DNA of 64,000 nucleotides from a virus (Duplodnaviria; Heunggongvirae; Uroviricota; Caudoviricetes): IMG/VR virus record IMGVR_UViG_3300037067_007156, positions 575,980 to 639,979 of that record; one strand, 5' to 3'. Shown piece by piece: positions 10,448 to 20,863 of this stretch (position 1 is its first letter; each line of letters starts with the position of its first letter). The notes under the pieces were generated by a model. It saw only the letters and a program-made list of their open reading frames with translations, ran no database searches and was not told where the DNA came from. The position numbers and the translations under genes were made by a program.

Positions 10448-11935
10448 ATGAGAAAAACATTTGAACGTTCAGGGACATATAATAGCAGAGAATTAAAACA
10501 TATTTTAACTAATTTAAAAACACGAATTGAAATTGAAGAAGGAAAAAAAATATTACATATTACTTTTGAAGATATAGAAATTGCGAAATGCGAATCAACT
10601 CATAAAAAACTTCTTTTCCAACATCCAGTATTCAATGATTTAATTCTTAAAAAATTTAAAGAAAACGAAATTAACCCAATGTTATATTCATTTTCAGTTT
10701 ATGATGATGGACAATACGAATTAAGTTTTATATGCAAACCTTTATATATTAATAGTGAAGATTATACCCAACTTATTTCTTTCTCGGATTCTGTTAATGG
10801 TAAAATATCATCTCAATTAAATATGGGGTTAATATTTCGGGAAAATAATAGCAAATCTTTCATTACTTATAATAATAGTCATACATCTCATCGATTTAAA
10901 CATAGTAAATATTCATATGTTACAAAAATAGAAACAATTTCGGATAAATTGAAATTATTTCCTAAAGCAATTGAAAGGCAAGTTAATACAATAGAAAGAT
11001 TAAAAAATGAAAAACTTCCTTATAGAAGTGTTGTAAATAAATTATTAGCTTATGATACTAATGGTCAAATAAAATTAGGTGAAAGACAAAAAATACTTGG
11101 TTTGAATAGACGAGTTCGTAAAAATTTAAATATCAAGGAAGAAATTTTAATATATAGTTTAAAGACACCAGAGACATTCTTGGAATCTGGTTTGGATTTT
11201 AACGTAAATACCTTAGACATATTTCATCAATATATGGACATGTTTTCTAATAAAGATGCTGGTGCTATTTGTCGGGAAACAGATAGAATAATAGAAATAT
11301 TGTTCACATTGTTCGAAGAAAATAATATTCAAAATAAATGTGAAAAAATATTTGAAAATAAAGTAGGTGTAATTTTCAAAAAGTATTATAATAAACATTT
11401 TAATAATTTGAGTTGGCATCTTGCTAAATACACTAAAAGTCTTGATTCTGCACAAGAATTTGCGAATGAAGCTTTTATACAAGCTTTAGAAAAAATAGAG
11501 TCTTATAATCCTGAAAAATCACAATTCAATACTTGGTTATATAGAATTGCTGAAAATATTGTAAAAAAATCTTTTAAAGACGAAAAAAGAATGAATGTTG
11601 TGTCGTTTGAAAATAATGCTAATAATTCAAATGATGATGAAGATAGTGGTGTCAATCTATTAAATTTAATACCGTGTGATTCTGGTGATGATGACTCTAA
11701 TCAACAAATATTGACTGAAAAAAAGGCTGAAATAATACGAAACGTTATTTATACTTTACCAATCAAATATGAAAAGTATAAAAAAGTTTTAATCATGAGG
11801 GAAATTGAAGGTATGCAATATCAGGAAATATCAAATGCTTTAGGAATAAATCTTTCTACGATAAAATCGCAACTTTTGAAAGGTAGAGAACTGGTTTCCA
11901 ATAAGGTAGATGTTATGTTTAAAAAATTGGAATGA
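10448..11935 (+). CDS. ECF-type sigma-70 factor fused to an N-terminal DUF932-like domain
   Basis: Region 2 AQEFANEAFIQAL..SQFNTWLYRIAEN; region 4 LIMREIEGMQYQEISNALGINLSTIKSQLLKGR. Confidence 0.8.
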   Translation: MRKTFERSGTYNSRELKHILTNLKTRIEIEEGKKILHITFEDIEIAKCESTHKKLLFQHPVFNDLILKKFKENEINPMLYSFSVYDDGQYELSFICKPLYINSEDYTQLISFSDSVNGKISSQLNMGLIFRENNSKSFITYNNSHTSHRFKHSKYSYVTKIETISDKLKLFPKAIERQVNTIERLKNEKLPYRSVVNKLLAYDTNGQIKLGERQKILGLNRRVRKNLNIKEEILIYSLKTPETFLESGLDFNVNTLDIFHQYMDMFSNKDAGAICRETDRIIEILFTLFEENNIQNKCEKIFENKVGVIFKKYYNKHFNNLSWHLAKYTKSLDSAQEFANEAFIQALEKIESYNPEKSQFNTWLYRIAENIVKKSFKDEKRMNVVSFENNANNSNDDEDSGVNLLNLIPCDSGDDDSNQQILTEKKAEIIRNVIYTLPIKYEKYKKVLIMREIEGMQYQEISNALGINLSTIKSQLLKGRELVSNKVDVMFKKLE

Positions 11936-12084
11936 TGTGATATTTTTTTATAATATATACAACAGATGAGAATTGAATTTTTCTAATATATTTCGGAATA
12001 TCTTTAAAATAAGATAAGGTGTGATTATAGGTACTCATAAGAGTTATGAATTAATTTTTAATTTATATTTATCATTAAATTAAT

Positions 12085-13038
12085 GTGATTTTTACTTCAA
12101 AAAAGATAAAAAATATGAAAACAAACAATTTTTTAAAAAACATGTTCAGAAGAATAAGTTCTTCTACATATGTTTTTATTAAAAACGTATTGTCTATAAT
12201 TGGTCTTTTTTCTATTATTACTATTATTTCTTCTTCTGTTAAATTTACAGATACGTCGGCGTATTTACTTTCTCAAAATATTTATTTGGAAACTAAAATA
12301 CATAAATTAGATAAAAAATATGATGAACTTTTATCTAAAATTAATATTTTCGTAGATGAAGACAATGATATGTATAGAGAATTATTAGGTATAGATACAG
12401 TTAATTATAAAAACAATGATGTTTATGATGTTAATATCTTTATTAATAAAGATGACACTGGTGGTGTAGCTGATATGAATAGAAAATATTTTTATGCCTC
12501 GAAAATTTTATCATCGATGATGGTATCTAAAGGTGAATTAAAAAAATTAATGAAGCAGGAAGGAACATCTAATTTTTCAAATATACCGTTAATGCAACCT
12601 ATAAGAACCGAAGATGTAGAATATATTCCTTCTACTTTTGGTTTAAGATTTCATCCATTTTATAAAAAAGTTATATTTCATGATGGTGTTGATATATCTG
12701 CTAAAAGTGGTAGTAAAATCGTTGCAACCGCATCTGGTACAGTCGATATTATTATACATTCTAATTTAGGTTATGGTAATAAAATTGTTATTAATCATGG
12801 AAATGGGTATGAAACCCTATATGCACATTTAAAATTCATAAAAGTAAGAAAAGGTCAATATATTAAACAAGGTCAGGTGATAGGTGAAGTTGGTTCTACT
12901 GGACTTAGTACTGGTGACCATTTACATTATGAAATAAGATATAATGATGAATTAAAAGACCCATTGGCTTATTTTCAAACTTATTTAACACCAATAGGGA
13001 AAGATGGAGAGATGACTGCTTATAAACCTCTTAAATAA
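12085..13038 (+). CDS. M23 family metallopeptidase with N-terminal membrane anchor (probable start 12115)
   Basis: FGLRFHP, HDGVD, GYGN.IVINH, YAHL, STGDHLHYE. Confidence 0.9.
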   Translation: MIFTSKKIKNMKTNNFLKNMFRRISSSTYVFIKNVLSIIGLFSIITIISSSVKFTDTSAYLLSQNIYLETKIHKLDKKYDELLSKINIFVDEDNDMYRELLGIDTVNYKNNDVYDVNIFINKDDTGGVADMNRKYFYASKILSSMMVSKGELKKLMKQEGTSNFSNIPLMQPIRTEDVEYIPSTFGLRFHPFYKKVIFHDGVDISAKSGSKIVATASGTVDIIIHSNLGYGNKIVINHGNGYETLYAHLKFIKVRKGQYIKQGQVIGEVGSTGLSTGDHLHYEIRYNDELKDPLAYFQTYLTPIGKDGEMTAYKPLK

Positions 13039-13045
13039 ATAATTC

Positions 13046-13444
13046 ATGGAAGAAAATATTGACATACTAATCCAAAAGATACAGGAAGCACGAAACCCTA
13101 AGTATTTCTTATGGCAAATTGTTAAAGACGTTGAATTTTTTGCTTCTGAGAAATATAAAAATTGGTTGATTGGTAAAAAAGATGAATATATTTATTTTAA
13201 TTACGACACAAAAAATCATACTTTATATTATAGTTATTATAAAATTTATCAAATTTTATCGTCGAAATATCATCTTAATGAAGTGAAAGCTAACGAATTA
13301 GTGAGTGGTATGGTGAGTGAACATTTCAAACTGAAGGTAGACACAACACAAGGTTCTGTGATGAGTGTGTTAGCCAAGGTGAGTGAACATTTCAAACTGA
13401 AGGTAGACACAACAATCCTATGGTATACCCTTTATACAATTTAG
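13046..13444 (+). CDS. Small array-associated protein A (frame runs into CRISPR-like array 1)
   Basis: Close paralog of 20864..21265; VSEHFKLKVDTT twice is the translated repeat. Confidence 0.7.
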   Translation: MEENIDILIQKIQEARNPKYFLWQIVKDVEFFASEKYKNWLIGKKDEYIYFNYDTKNHTLYYSYYKIYQILSSKYHLNEVKANELVSGMVSEHFKLKVDTTQGSVMSVLAKVSEHFKLKVDTTILWYTLYTI

Positions 13445-13461
13445 GTGATTGAACATTTCAA
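13312..13461. CRISPR. Mini CRISPR array 1: two full 36-nt repeats plus a partial third, two 30-nt spacers
   Basis: GGTGAGTGAACATTTCAAACTGAAGGTAGACACAAC at 13312-13347 and 13378-13413; degenerate GGTGATTGAACATTTCAA at 13444; unrelated spacers. Confidence 0.75.
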
Positions 13462-13492
13462 CACCCAAATTATAAAAATAAAAGAATCATTG

Positions 13493-13837
13493 ATGTGTGA
13501 AGTTGTAAATATTAAGAAAAACAAAAATTATGATATTTATATTGGACGAGGTAAATGTCCGAATACTGGGGAAGAATCTAAATGGGGAAATCCGTATTCA
13601 CACAATCCGAATAGTTTAGCTAAATTTATAGTTGATACCAGAGAAGAAGCAGTAGAAAAAATTGAAGAATGTTTACTTAGTAATAAAGAACTGCTGGATT
13701 CTTTACCCGAACTGATGTATAAAAAATTAGGATGTTGGTGTAATAAAAGACAATTATGTCATGGTAAAATAATAAAAAAATATGTAGATAGATTGGAACA
13801 AAAATATGAAATTTATAATTTATTAAAAAATGATTAA
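13493..13837 (+). CDS. DUF4326-family protein
   Basis: YDIYIGRG, SKWGNPY, LGCWC, CHG motifs; ATG 13493 preferred over the GTG inside the repeat. Confidence 0.8.
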   Translation: MCEVVNIKKNKNYDIYIGRGKCPNTGEESKWGNPYSHNPNSLAKFIVDTREEAVEKIEECLLSNKELLDSLPELMYKKLGCWCNKRQLCHGKIIKKYVDRLEQKYEIYNLLKND

Positions 13838-14663
13838 GAAAATATATTTTCATCATCTATATCCCATGTGCCGTCATTATCTACTGATTTAATATGATTG
13901 GCCTCAAATATAACATATTCTGAACCATATATAATACCATCATATCCTAATTTTTTAACAATATCAGTTATCTCTTGACTATAATTACCTAAATCTGTTA
14001 TCCAGTGAAATGCTATGTGATGTTCAAACCCTTTATTGTAAATTAAATTATCCAGATTAACCCAATTTCAGTTAAAAAATCAAAAACATAATCTGGTACA
14101 CCATCAACATATTTATTTAAAGTTGTAAATTCTTCGGTATAATTTGATAAATCATTATAATAATCTTTTATTACACGTTTTTCTTCTGTGAATTTTTCCC
14201 AAGCGATTTCGAGATTAAAATCTTTTATGTAACTCATTAAAATGGAAGCATTTTTGTCTATATTTTCAACTTCCTTAAATAGAGAATCATAATTTATTGA
14301 TTTAATAACTATTTCTGGAATACCTCTCACACCATTATTTTTCAACAACAAAAGTTCTTCATCAGTCGCAGTGAACGGATTTTCCATTTTTAGATAACAT
14401 TCGAGAATATTTTTACCATAGGTTTCAGCCTCTTTAATATCATCTGAAAAATAAAAACCATAACCATAATGTCCATAATTACCTTTACTATAACCAATTC
14501 TTTTTATATCAAATGAATTAAAATTCTGATTTGTACCATGAAATAATACAATAGGTTTACCATTTTCGATTGTTTTTGAGTTTCCGAACCATTTCCAGAA
14601 GTTTTCATTAATATTTTCTTTGTATTTATATTGTTCAAAAGTTTGTAAATATATCAAACTCAT
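13834..14663 (-). CDS. ADP-ribosyltransferase-like protein (polyvalent-protein type), frameshifted at about 14062
   Basis: FHGT..F..F, GYGFYFS..Y; after a 1-nt shift at ccc 14061-14063 the frame continues KLGYDGIIYGSEYVIFEANHIKSVDNDGTW to a stop at 13834. Confidence 0.7.
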
Positions 14664-14751
14664 TTATTTTTTATTTTTATATATTAATTTTCATGTTTTA
14701 AAAACAAAACATATTATATTTTTAATATATAAAAATAAAAAAAGTGTTTTG

Positions 14752-15117
14752 ATGAATCCATTGAAAATATTATATATTGAGGATGACAGAACGTTACAAA
14801 ATTTAGTTAAAATGATTCTTAGAGATGAAACTAAGTATAAAATAGAATTAGCTAATAATGGTTCAGACGGTGTTAAAAAAACATTGGAAAATGATTATGA
14901 CCTTATTTTAATGGATATTATGATGCCTGAGATGGATGGTGTAGAAGCTGCTTATGCTATTAAAACTGCTAAACCTGATATAAAAATTGTTGCGTTAACA
15001 GCACTTGAAAAAAATGAAATACCTAATTTTGGAGATGATATATTTCCAATAAAATATCATATACGTAAACCAATTATTAGTAATATACTCATAAAAAAAA
15101 TAGAAGAAATAACATAA
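14752..15117 (+). CDS. Stand-alone response regulator receiver (CheY-like)
   Basis: ILYIEDD, DLILMDIMMPEMDG, ALTA, KP. Confidence 0.9.
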   Translation: MNPLKILYIEDDRTLQNLVKMILRDETKYKIELANNGSDGVKKTLENDYDLILMDIMMPEMDGVEAAYAIKTAKPDIKIVALTALEKNEIPNFGDDIFPIKYHIRKPIISNILIKKIEEIT

Positions 15118-15169
15118 TTATAAAACAAAATGATTTTTTATTCATATAATTAAAAAATAATTTAATAAT

Positions 15170-15547
15170 ATGGAAGAAAAATATATCTTTGATTTGGAAC
15201 AGATGAGTGATTTTTTCAAATGGTTTTTTTTAACAACGATTTCTAAAAGTCCAGATGGTTCTTCACAAGAAGAATTTATTAATAAAATAACTGAAAGTGG
15301 TGTTCGTGATGAATCTGGTGAATTAGATGGGACACATTCTATTCAAATTTTAATAAACGGGGTTGAAGTGAATCCATTTGAAGCTCTTTTAGAGATGCAA
15401 AAACAATTTGATGATGTAGTTCAACGAAAAGCTACTGATAAAATTAAGAATTCTGTAAATGAAAAGATAGATGATGTACATTTAGCTTTAGATTTGTTGA
15501 AAACTAATGTTGAAGAAAATATTGAAAAATTAATAAACTTACAATAA
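15170..15547 (+). CDS. Hypothetical protein
   Basis: 125-aa ORF, C-terminal coiled coil, operon context. Confidence 0.55.
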   Translation: MEEKYIFDLEQMSDFFKWFFLTTISKSPDGSSQEEFINKITESGVRDESGELDGTHSIQILINGVEVNPFEALLEMQKQFDDVVQRKATDKIKNSVNEKIDDVHLALDLLKTNVEENIEKLINLQ

Positions 15548-15549
15548 TA

Positions 15550-16077
15550 ATGTGGACTAATATAATTATAGTTTTATTAATAGTAATAATTTTATATTTT
15601 TATACAAAATATAAAATTATATTTGATATTAGTGTAAAAAATCAAGTGAAAATAAACGATTATGAAAATAAAATAAAAGAAAAAGATAAAATTTTAGAAG
15701 AAGCTAAACCATATTTGGAAAGTTACCAAGTGATTAAAGCTGAAAACAAAGAGAGACAAACATATATTGAGAATGTTAATAAAACATTAATCGAAAATAA
15801 ATGTCTTGTTGAAAAACTTTTAATTTATATTATTCAAAAAAATTATAAGGGCACACCTGAAGATTACACTCAAAGATATAATAATCGAATTTTAAGTGTT
15901 GAAAATGTTGATGAATTACTTGATTATATAGAAAAAAGTGGACAAATTAAAACTAAAAAAACTAAAAAATCACCTCAAATTTTTTTAGATGAAATTCTTG
16001 ATAAAGTAAAAAATAATGGTTATAATTCTTTAAACGATGAAGAAAAGAAATTTTTGAATGATTTTGATAAAAAATAA
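15550..16077 (+). CDS. Membrane-anchored coiled-coil protein with DUF6576-like C-terminus
   Basis: N-terminal hydrophobic helix; LDEILDKV...GYNSL...EKKFL. Confidence 0.6.
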   Translation: MWTNIIIVLLIVIILYFYTKYKIIFDISVKNQVKINDYENKIKEKDKILEEAKPYLESYQVIKAENKERQTYIENVNKTLIENKCLVEKLLIYIIQKNYKGTPEDYTQRYNNRILSVENVDELLDYIEKSGQIKTKKTKKSPQIFLDEILDKVKNNGYNSLNDEEKKFLNDFDKK

Positions 16078-16129
16078 TTTTTTTATTTCTAATATTCTTT
16101 TTAATATTGTAAAAATATATAATTAATAT

Positions 16130-17125
16130 ATGTCATCTGGAAATCTTTTTAATACCAAGCGTATAAGTAGATGTGAATTCGAAGAATATAAAAATCATGT
16201 TGCTGGAATACTAAACTCAAACAACATTGAATTTTTTATTCCATATTATTACAAAGATAAACAAACATTCGGTGATTTAGATATTATTGTTCCTAAACCA
16301 TTTGACAAGGAAAATATTTTTGATTTGTTCAAAATTAATAAAACTCAATATCACCGGAATACTAATATTCATTCTATTTGTTATAAAGATACTCAAATTG
16401 ATTTTATAACAACTAAACCTAATTACTACGAAACAACTAAATATTATTATTCGTGGGTTGATTTATCCGTATTATTGGGACGGTTGTACAGAAAATTTAA
16501 TATAAAATATGGCTGGGATGGTTTATATTTCGAATATGATACCGTCATCAATAACCAATTTAGAAATATTGGTAACATACCATTAACACTTGATTTTAAA
16601 ACAGTTTTAAATTTTGTTGGATTAGATTATGTTCGTTATCAACAGGGTTTTGAAACTAAGAATGATATATTTGATTTCATTTTAACATCAAAATATTTCA
16701 CACCAAAATTATATGAATCTGTTTCTCAAAAACAAAACAAACGAAGTGGTATTTATGATGAAATAATCGAATATTCTAAAAATAAAGAATATCAAGATAC
16801 TTATACTATGAACTTTTTCTTAGATAAAGATAATGTTTATAAAGCTATCGATAATTACTTCACCGATTTGAATTTCTTAAATATTATAAAAGATATTAAG
16901 GAAAAAGAACATGTAATTCAAGTTAATAAAGATAAATTCAATGGAAACATTGTTATGTTGATAACTGGTTTGAAAGAAAAAGCCTTAGCTGCATTTATAC
17001 AATCATTTAGAATTTATATAAAAGATAAATATGATTATCCGAGTTTTGAAAAATATGTTTTTGAAACAAACCCTGAGTTTATTAAAAGGGATATTTTGGT
17101 TCATTTTTTAGAAAAAAAACAATAG
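16130..17125 (+). CDS. Nucleotidyltransferase (Pol-beta superfamily)
   Basis: KQTFGDLDIIV and QIDFI catalytic aspartate motifs. Confidence 0.7.
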   Translation: MSSGNLFNTKRISRCEFEEYKNHVAGILNSNNIEFFIPYYYKDKQTFGDLDIIVPKPFDKENIFDLFKINKTQYHRNTNIHSICYKDTQIDFITTKPNYYETTKYYYSWVDLSVLLGRLYRKFNIKYGWDGLYFEYDTVINNQFRNIGNIPLTLDFKTVLNFVGLDYVRYQQGFETKNDIFDFILTSKYFTPKLYESVSQKQNKRSGIYDEIIEYSKNKEYQDTYTMNFFLDKDNVYKAIDNYFTDLNFLNIIKDIKEKEHVIQVNKDKFNGNIVMLITGLKEKALAAFIQSFRIYIKDKYDYPSFEKYVFETNPEFIKRDILVHFLEKKQ

Positions 17126-17151
17126 TTAGTTATGGAACAAAAAAAATTAAA

Positions 17152-17580
17152 ATGAATAAAGACAAAACTATTAATCAAGCATTAATTGATATTATAATAA
17201 AATCCTTTGAACGGGAAGATGTAAAACTACTTTTGAAAAATGATTTTTTAGGTGATTATTGGTATAATATTAATAAATCTTCTGACAGTCATTTAACTGG
17301 TTTTTGTTATTTAGCTTCTGAATTATATTATTTTTTAGATGGTAAATCTCAAAAATGGTGGTTTAAAGAAATTACAAGTACTGAATTCCTACCTTATAAT
17401 GGTAAACATTATTTTTTAGAAAACAAAGAAACTGGTAAAATATTGGATATTACTAAATCTCAATTTAATAATATTGATATACCTTACCATTTAGCAAAAA
17501 ATAAGGGTATAAGATTTATGTCGAAAAGCTGTAATGCGTTAAAAAAAATATTATATCAAGATATTCAAAAAATTTTATAA
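17152..17580 (+). CDS. Hypothetical phage protein, possibly papain/transglutaminase-like
   Basis: GFCYLASE..HYFL..ILDITKSQF Cys-His-Asp order. Confidence 0.45.
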   Translation: MNKDKTINQALIDIIIKSFEREDVKLLLKNDFLGDYWYNINKSSDSHLTGFCYLASELYYFLDGKSQKWWFKEITSTEFLPYNGKHYFLENKETGKILDITKSQFNNIDIPYHLAKNKGIRFMSKSCNALKKILYQDIQKIL

Positions 17581-17637
17581 TTAACTAATTTATAACATTA
17601 AAAATTAAATATATAAACTAAAAAAAAACAAATTATC

Positions 17638-17892
17638 ATGGAAAAAAATGAAGTAAAAAAAATTGAAGTAGTATGTAGTGATTGTGGTAAAAAATTCAAA
17701 ACTACACAAGAATGGTTTGATGCGAGAAATAAAGATGGTAAGTTACCTTGTAGGAAATGTAGATTTTCAAAATTTCCACCAAAAAAAGAGAAACCTACTA
17801 ATCAAGAACCAAGTGATGAAATAAAAGAACAAAATAATAAAGTAAAGAATTGGAATCAATTCTTGAACGAGAACCAACAACCTCTTAGCTAA
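17638..17892 (+). CDS. Small Zn-ribbon protein
   Basis: CSDC..CRKC. Confidence 0.6.
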   Translation: MEKNEVKKIEVVCSDCGKKFKTTQEWFDARNKDGKLPCRKCRFSKFPPKKEKPTNQEPSDEIKEQNNKVKNWNQFLNENQQPLS

Positions 17893-17992
17893 AGACTAAG
17901 AGGTTTCTTTTTAAATGAAATATAAAAATATTTCAACACAATTAAAACAAAATGTATTTTTTGTAATATAATCAACAAAAAATATATTTTAT

Positions 17993-18349
17993 ATGAAATT
18001 AAATGTTATTTTAGCTCTTGAATTAGGCCAGATTGTTATAGATGAAGTTGAATTTGTTAACTATATGGTTAAAGATAATAATATTTTATCCGATAATTCT
18101 ATACCAAAAGCTAAAGTTCATAAAGAATATAAGGATATCATTTTAAAAAAGTATGGTAAACCGGCTAAATATCCATGTATAGCAGTTAGTTATAATAATG
18201 AAAATAATGAGACTATAACTGAATTTCTTTATATATCAGATGTTAAATCAGAAAAGAAAGAATATTCAGATAAAGTTAAATTACTTGAAAAAGCCGAAAC
18301 TAAACTTACAGGTAAGAAAAAAATACCTACTAACACTTTTAAATTTTAA
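17993..18349 (+). CDS. Hypothetical protein
   Basis: 118-aa ORF preceded by AAAACA..TATATA motif. Confidence 0.55.
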   Translation: MKLNVILALELGQIVIDEVEFVNYMVKDNNILSDNSIPKAKVHKEYKDIILKKYGKPAKYPCIAVSYNNENNETITEFLYISDVKSEKKEYSDKVKLLEKAETKLTGKKKIPTNTFKF

Positions 18350-18354
18350 AAAAT

Positions 18355-18546
18355 ATGTATAATTTTCCTTTTGAGATAACAGAAGAGATTTTAATCAAGA
18401 ATAACCTAAAATCTGTGACTTTGATAGGTGATTTAAATGAATCTTCTACACCACCAAGATTGATAATAGATAGAGGTGTGGATACTGAAAAAAATATTGA
18501 TGGCGAAGAAGAAATTAATAATTTTTTAAATAAATTAAAACTGTAA
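18355..18546 (+). CDS. Hypothetical protein
   Basis: 63-aa ORF in co-directional run. Confidence 0.45.
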   Translation: MYNFPFEITEEILIKNNLKSVTLIGDLNESSTPPRLIIDRGVDTEKNIDGEEEINNFLNKLKL

Positions 18547-18760
18547 ATTATGTCAAATTTTTGTTCGTGTGGCGAATGTGAATGGTGTTTACCAGTTGAA
18601 AATGTTGTTGATGAACAAAAATTCCAACTCATAAGAGAAATGTTCATTAATTACTCATTGGAAGAATTAAAAGAATTTTTTAGAGATAAATAAACATTTT
18701 ATTTACTATCTATATTTTTAACCACTTTTTCGTATATTTGTATGAAGAAGTGGTTTTTTC

Positions 18761-19024
18761 ATGATAAAAAGAGCAAAATTATATTTAAGATGTATAATAA
18801 TAACAGATGATTTAATATCATTTGTTGATATGGATAATAAATTATATTTTTATTCAAATAATATAATAAATTTTTTGTTTAGAATAAATGATTTTTATGA
18901 AGTATCCGCTAAATTAAAATATATTTCACCCGATACGATTCATATGAGTTATTTGCGGGTTTATAATACTGACAATATTTTAATACAAAGAATGTTTAAA
19001 ATAAAAAACATTTTAAATGATTGA
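18761..19024 (+). CDS. Hypothetical tagged protein
   Basis: Ends IQRMFKIKNILND; TATATTTG at 18733-18740. Confidence 0.55.
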   Translation: MIKRAKLYLRCIIITDDLISFVDMDNKLYFYSNNIINFLFRINDFYEVSAKLKYISPDTIHMSYLRVYNTDNILIQRMFKIKNILND

Positions 19025-19333
19025 TTTAGAATTATTAACAGCCGGATTAACATTTAATATTCTTCGACGTGAAGATGAAATTGTGTTGCAGTTTCCTGAT
19101 AATAATATGCTTATTAAATTTTTTAATTTAATGAAACCATATCATGTTTTTATCATAAATTTGATGTGGAAACCATTTATATTTACACGGATGTTAAATT
19201 TAGTAAATCTAATTGTAACGAAAGAACACTTTATTATAAATGTTATTTTAAACAAATAGCAAAAGAAAAGTTTTTATCAACTCTCAGAAAAGAAAAAATT
19301 AAAGAACTTTGGTCGGATATAAACAATATATGA
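19017..19333 (+). CDS. Hypothetical tagged protein, frameshifted at T-run about 19150
   Basis: Shifted frame stays open to STLRKEKIKELWSDINNI* (TGA 19331-19333). Confidence 0.5.
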
Positions 19334-19429
19334 AATTCAAAAATAATTAAACATATTAAAATATTTGATTTTTTATTTCAATATTTAAAATATATATTTG
19401 TAGTTGGAATATAAACAAAAAACTATATA

Positions 19430-19726
19430 ATGTTAAAAAACGAAAATACCAAAACAATTGAAGAGGTTTTAAACGAGATTAAAAACGAGACAGTTAAATC
19501 TCATAGATTAATTCTTCATAATGACGATGTTAATAGTTTCGATTGGGTTGTAAAATCATTAATGGACATTTGTGACCACACACCAGAACAAGCTGAACAG
19601 ATTGCTATGCTTGCCCACCATAAAGGAAAAACTGAGGCTAAAGTTGGTGATTTAGATTCTCTTTTACCTATGAAAAGAGGTCTTAATGAAAGAAAAATTG
19701 AAGCTACTATCGAAACGATTGAGTAA
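19430..19726 (+). CDS. clpS: ATP-dependent Clp protease adaptor ClpS
   Basis: LILHNDDVNSFDWVVKSL..EQAEQIAMLAHHKGK. Confidence 0.9.
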   Translation: MLKNENTKTIEEVLNEIKNETVKSHRLILHNDDVNSFDWVVKSLMDICDHTPEQAEQIAMLAHHKGKTEAKVGDLDSLLPMKRGLNERKIEATIETIE

Positions 19727-19735
19727 TATACATTT

Positions 19736-20116
19736 ATGTACAATAATACACTATATATTCATCTTAAAAAAGGTGAATATCATTATTTGTTTGTCAAGTA
19801 TAGAAATAAAATTCACAAATTTAATTCTGGTGATATAATTATTGATTGGGTTGATTATATTGAATTTATATTGGGTCTTAATACAGATATTGAAGTTATA
19901 ATTGACCAAAGTTTAAATGATTATTTAATTAATAATACACAATATCATATATTATCTTCAAATCAAATTATGGGTCAACTGTATGGTAAAGATAGTATTC
20001 ATTCTTTTGGGTTTATTGCTAAAAATGAATGGAAAGACTCAATACAATTAAAAAATTATATTCTTTCTAAAAAAAGAATGAAGAAAATAACAACTTTATT
20101 CGATGAGGTACGATAA
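19736..20116 (+). CDS. Hypothetical tagged protein
   Basis: Ends KRMKKITTLFDEVR. Confidence 0.5.
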   Translation: MYNNTLYIHLKKGEYHYLFVKYRNKIHKFNSGDIIIDWVDYIEFILGLNTDIEVIIDQSLNDYLINNTQYHILSSNQIMGQLYGKDSIHSFGFIAKNEWKDSIQLKNYILSKKRMKKITTLFDEVR

Positions 20117-20861
20117 TATCATATTTGTTGGGGATATTCATGGTGATTTTAAATTCCTTTTAAAATATATAAAAGAATATGAATTAGAAAATTCTTTATT
20201 TTATGTATGTGGTGATTTTGGTGTTGGGTTTGGAACTGAACATGAAGAATATAAAAAATTAAAATATTATAATAACTCGTTTAAAAGTAAAAATAATAAA
20301 TTAGTTGCTATCCGAGGTAATCACGATGACCCCAAATATTTTAGGGAAAATTTTAAAGTGAGTAATATAGAATGTTTACCAGATTATACTGTAATCGAAG
20401 CAAATGATTTAAATATATTAGGTATTGGTGGAGCTATCAGTGTGGATAGATTACCGAATCCCGATGTACGTGATTTAGTCACCAAAAAATCTTGGAAAGG
20501 AAGAAAAGATGGTAAAGATTATTGGTTTGATGAAATTGTTAATATAGATGAGAATAAATTAAATTCTTTAAAAAATATTGATGTTGTTGTGACGCACGAT
20601 GCCACTGATTTTTGTTATCCAGAAAATTATACTGGCCTTAATAAGTGGGTAAATAGCGACCCTAATATTATGGTCGATTGTATTGAAAATAGAAAAAATT
20701 TGACATATATTTATGATAAACTAAGAATTAACAATAATATAAAATATTGGTTTTATGGGCATTTTCATCAATATAATTTCTCAGAGATAAATGGTACAAG
20801 ATTTATACTACTGGATATTGACATGTGTTACCCATTAGATGAAAGATATTTTATTAAATAA
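20103..20861 (+). CDS. Calcineurin-like metallophosphoesterase
   Basis: GDIHG, GDFG, GNHD, VTHD, GHFH. Confidence 0.9.
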   Translation: MRYDNIIFVGDIHGDFKFLLKYIKEYELENSLFYVCGDFGVGFGTEHEEYKKLKYYNNSFKSKNNKLVAIRGNHDDPKYFRENFKVSNIECLPDYTVIEANDLNILGIGGAISVDRLPNPDVRDLVTKKSWKGRKDGKDYWFDEIVNIDENKLNSLKNIDVVVTHDATDFCYPENYTGLNKWVNSDPNIMVDCIENRKNLTYIYDKLRINNNIKYWFYGHFHQYNFSEINGTRFILLDIDMCYPLDERYFIK

Positions 20862-20863
20862 TC

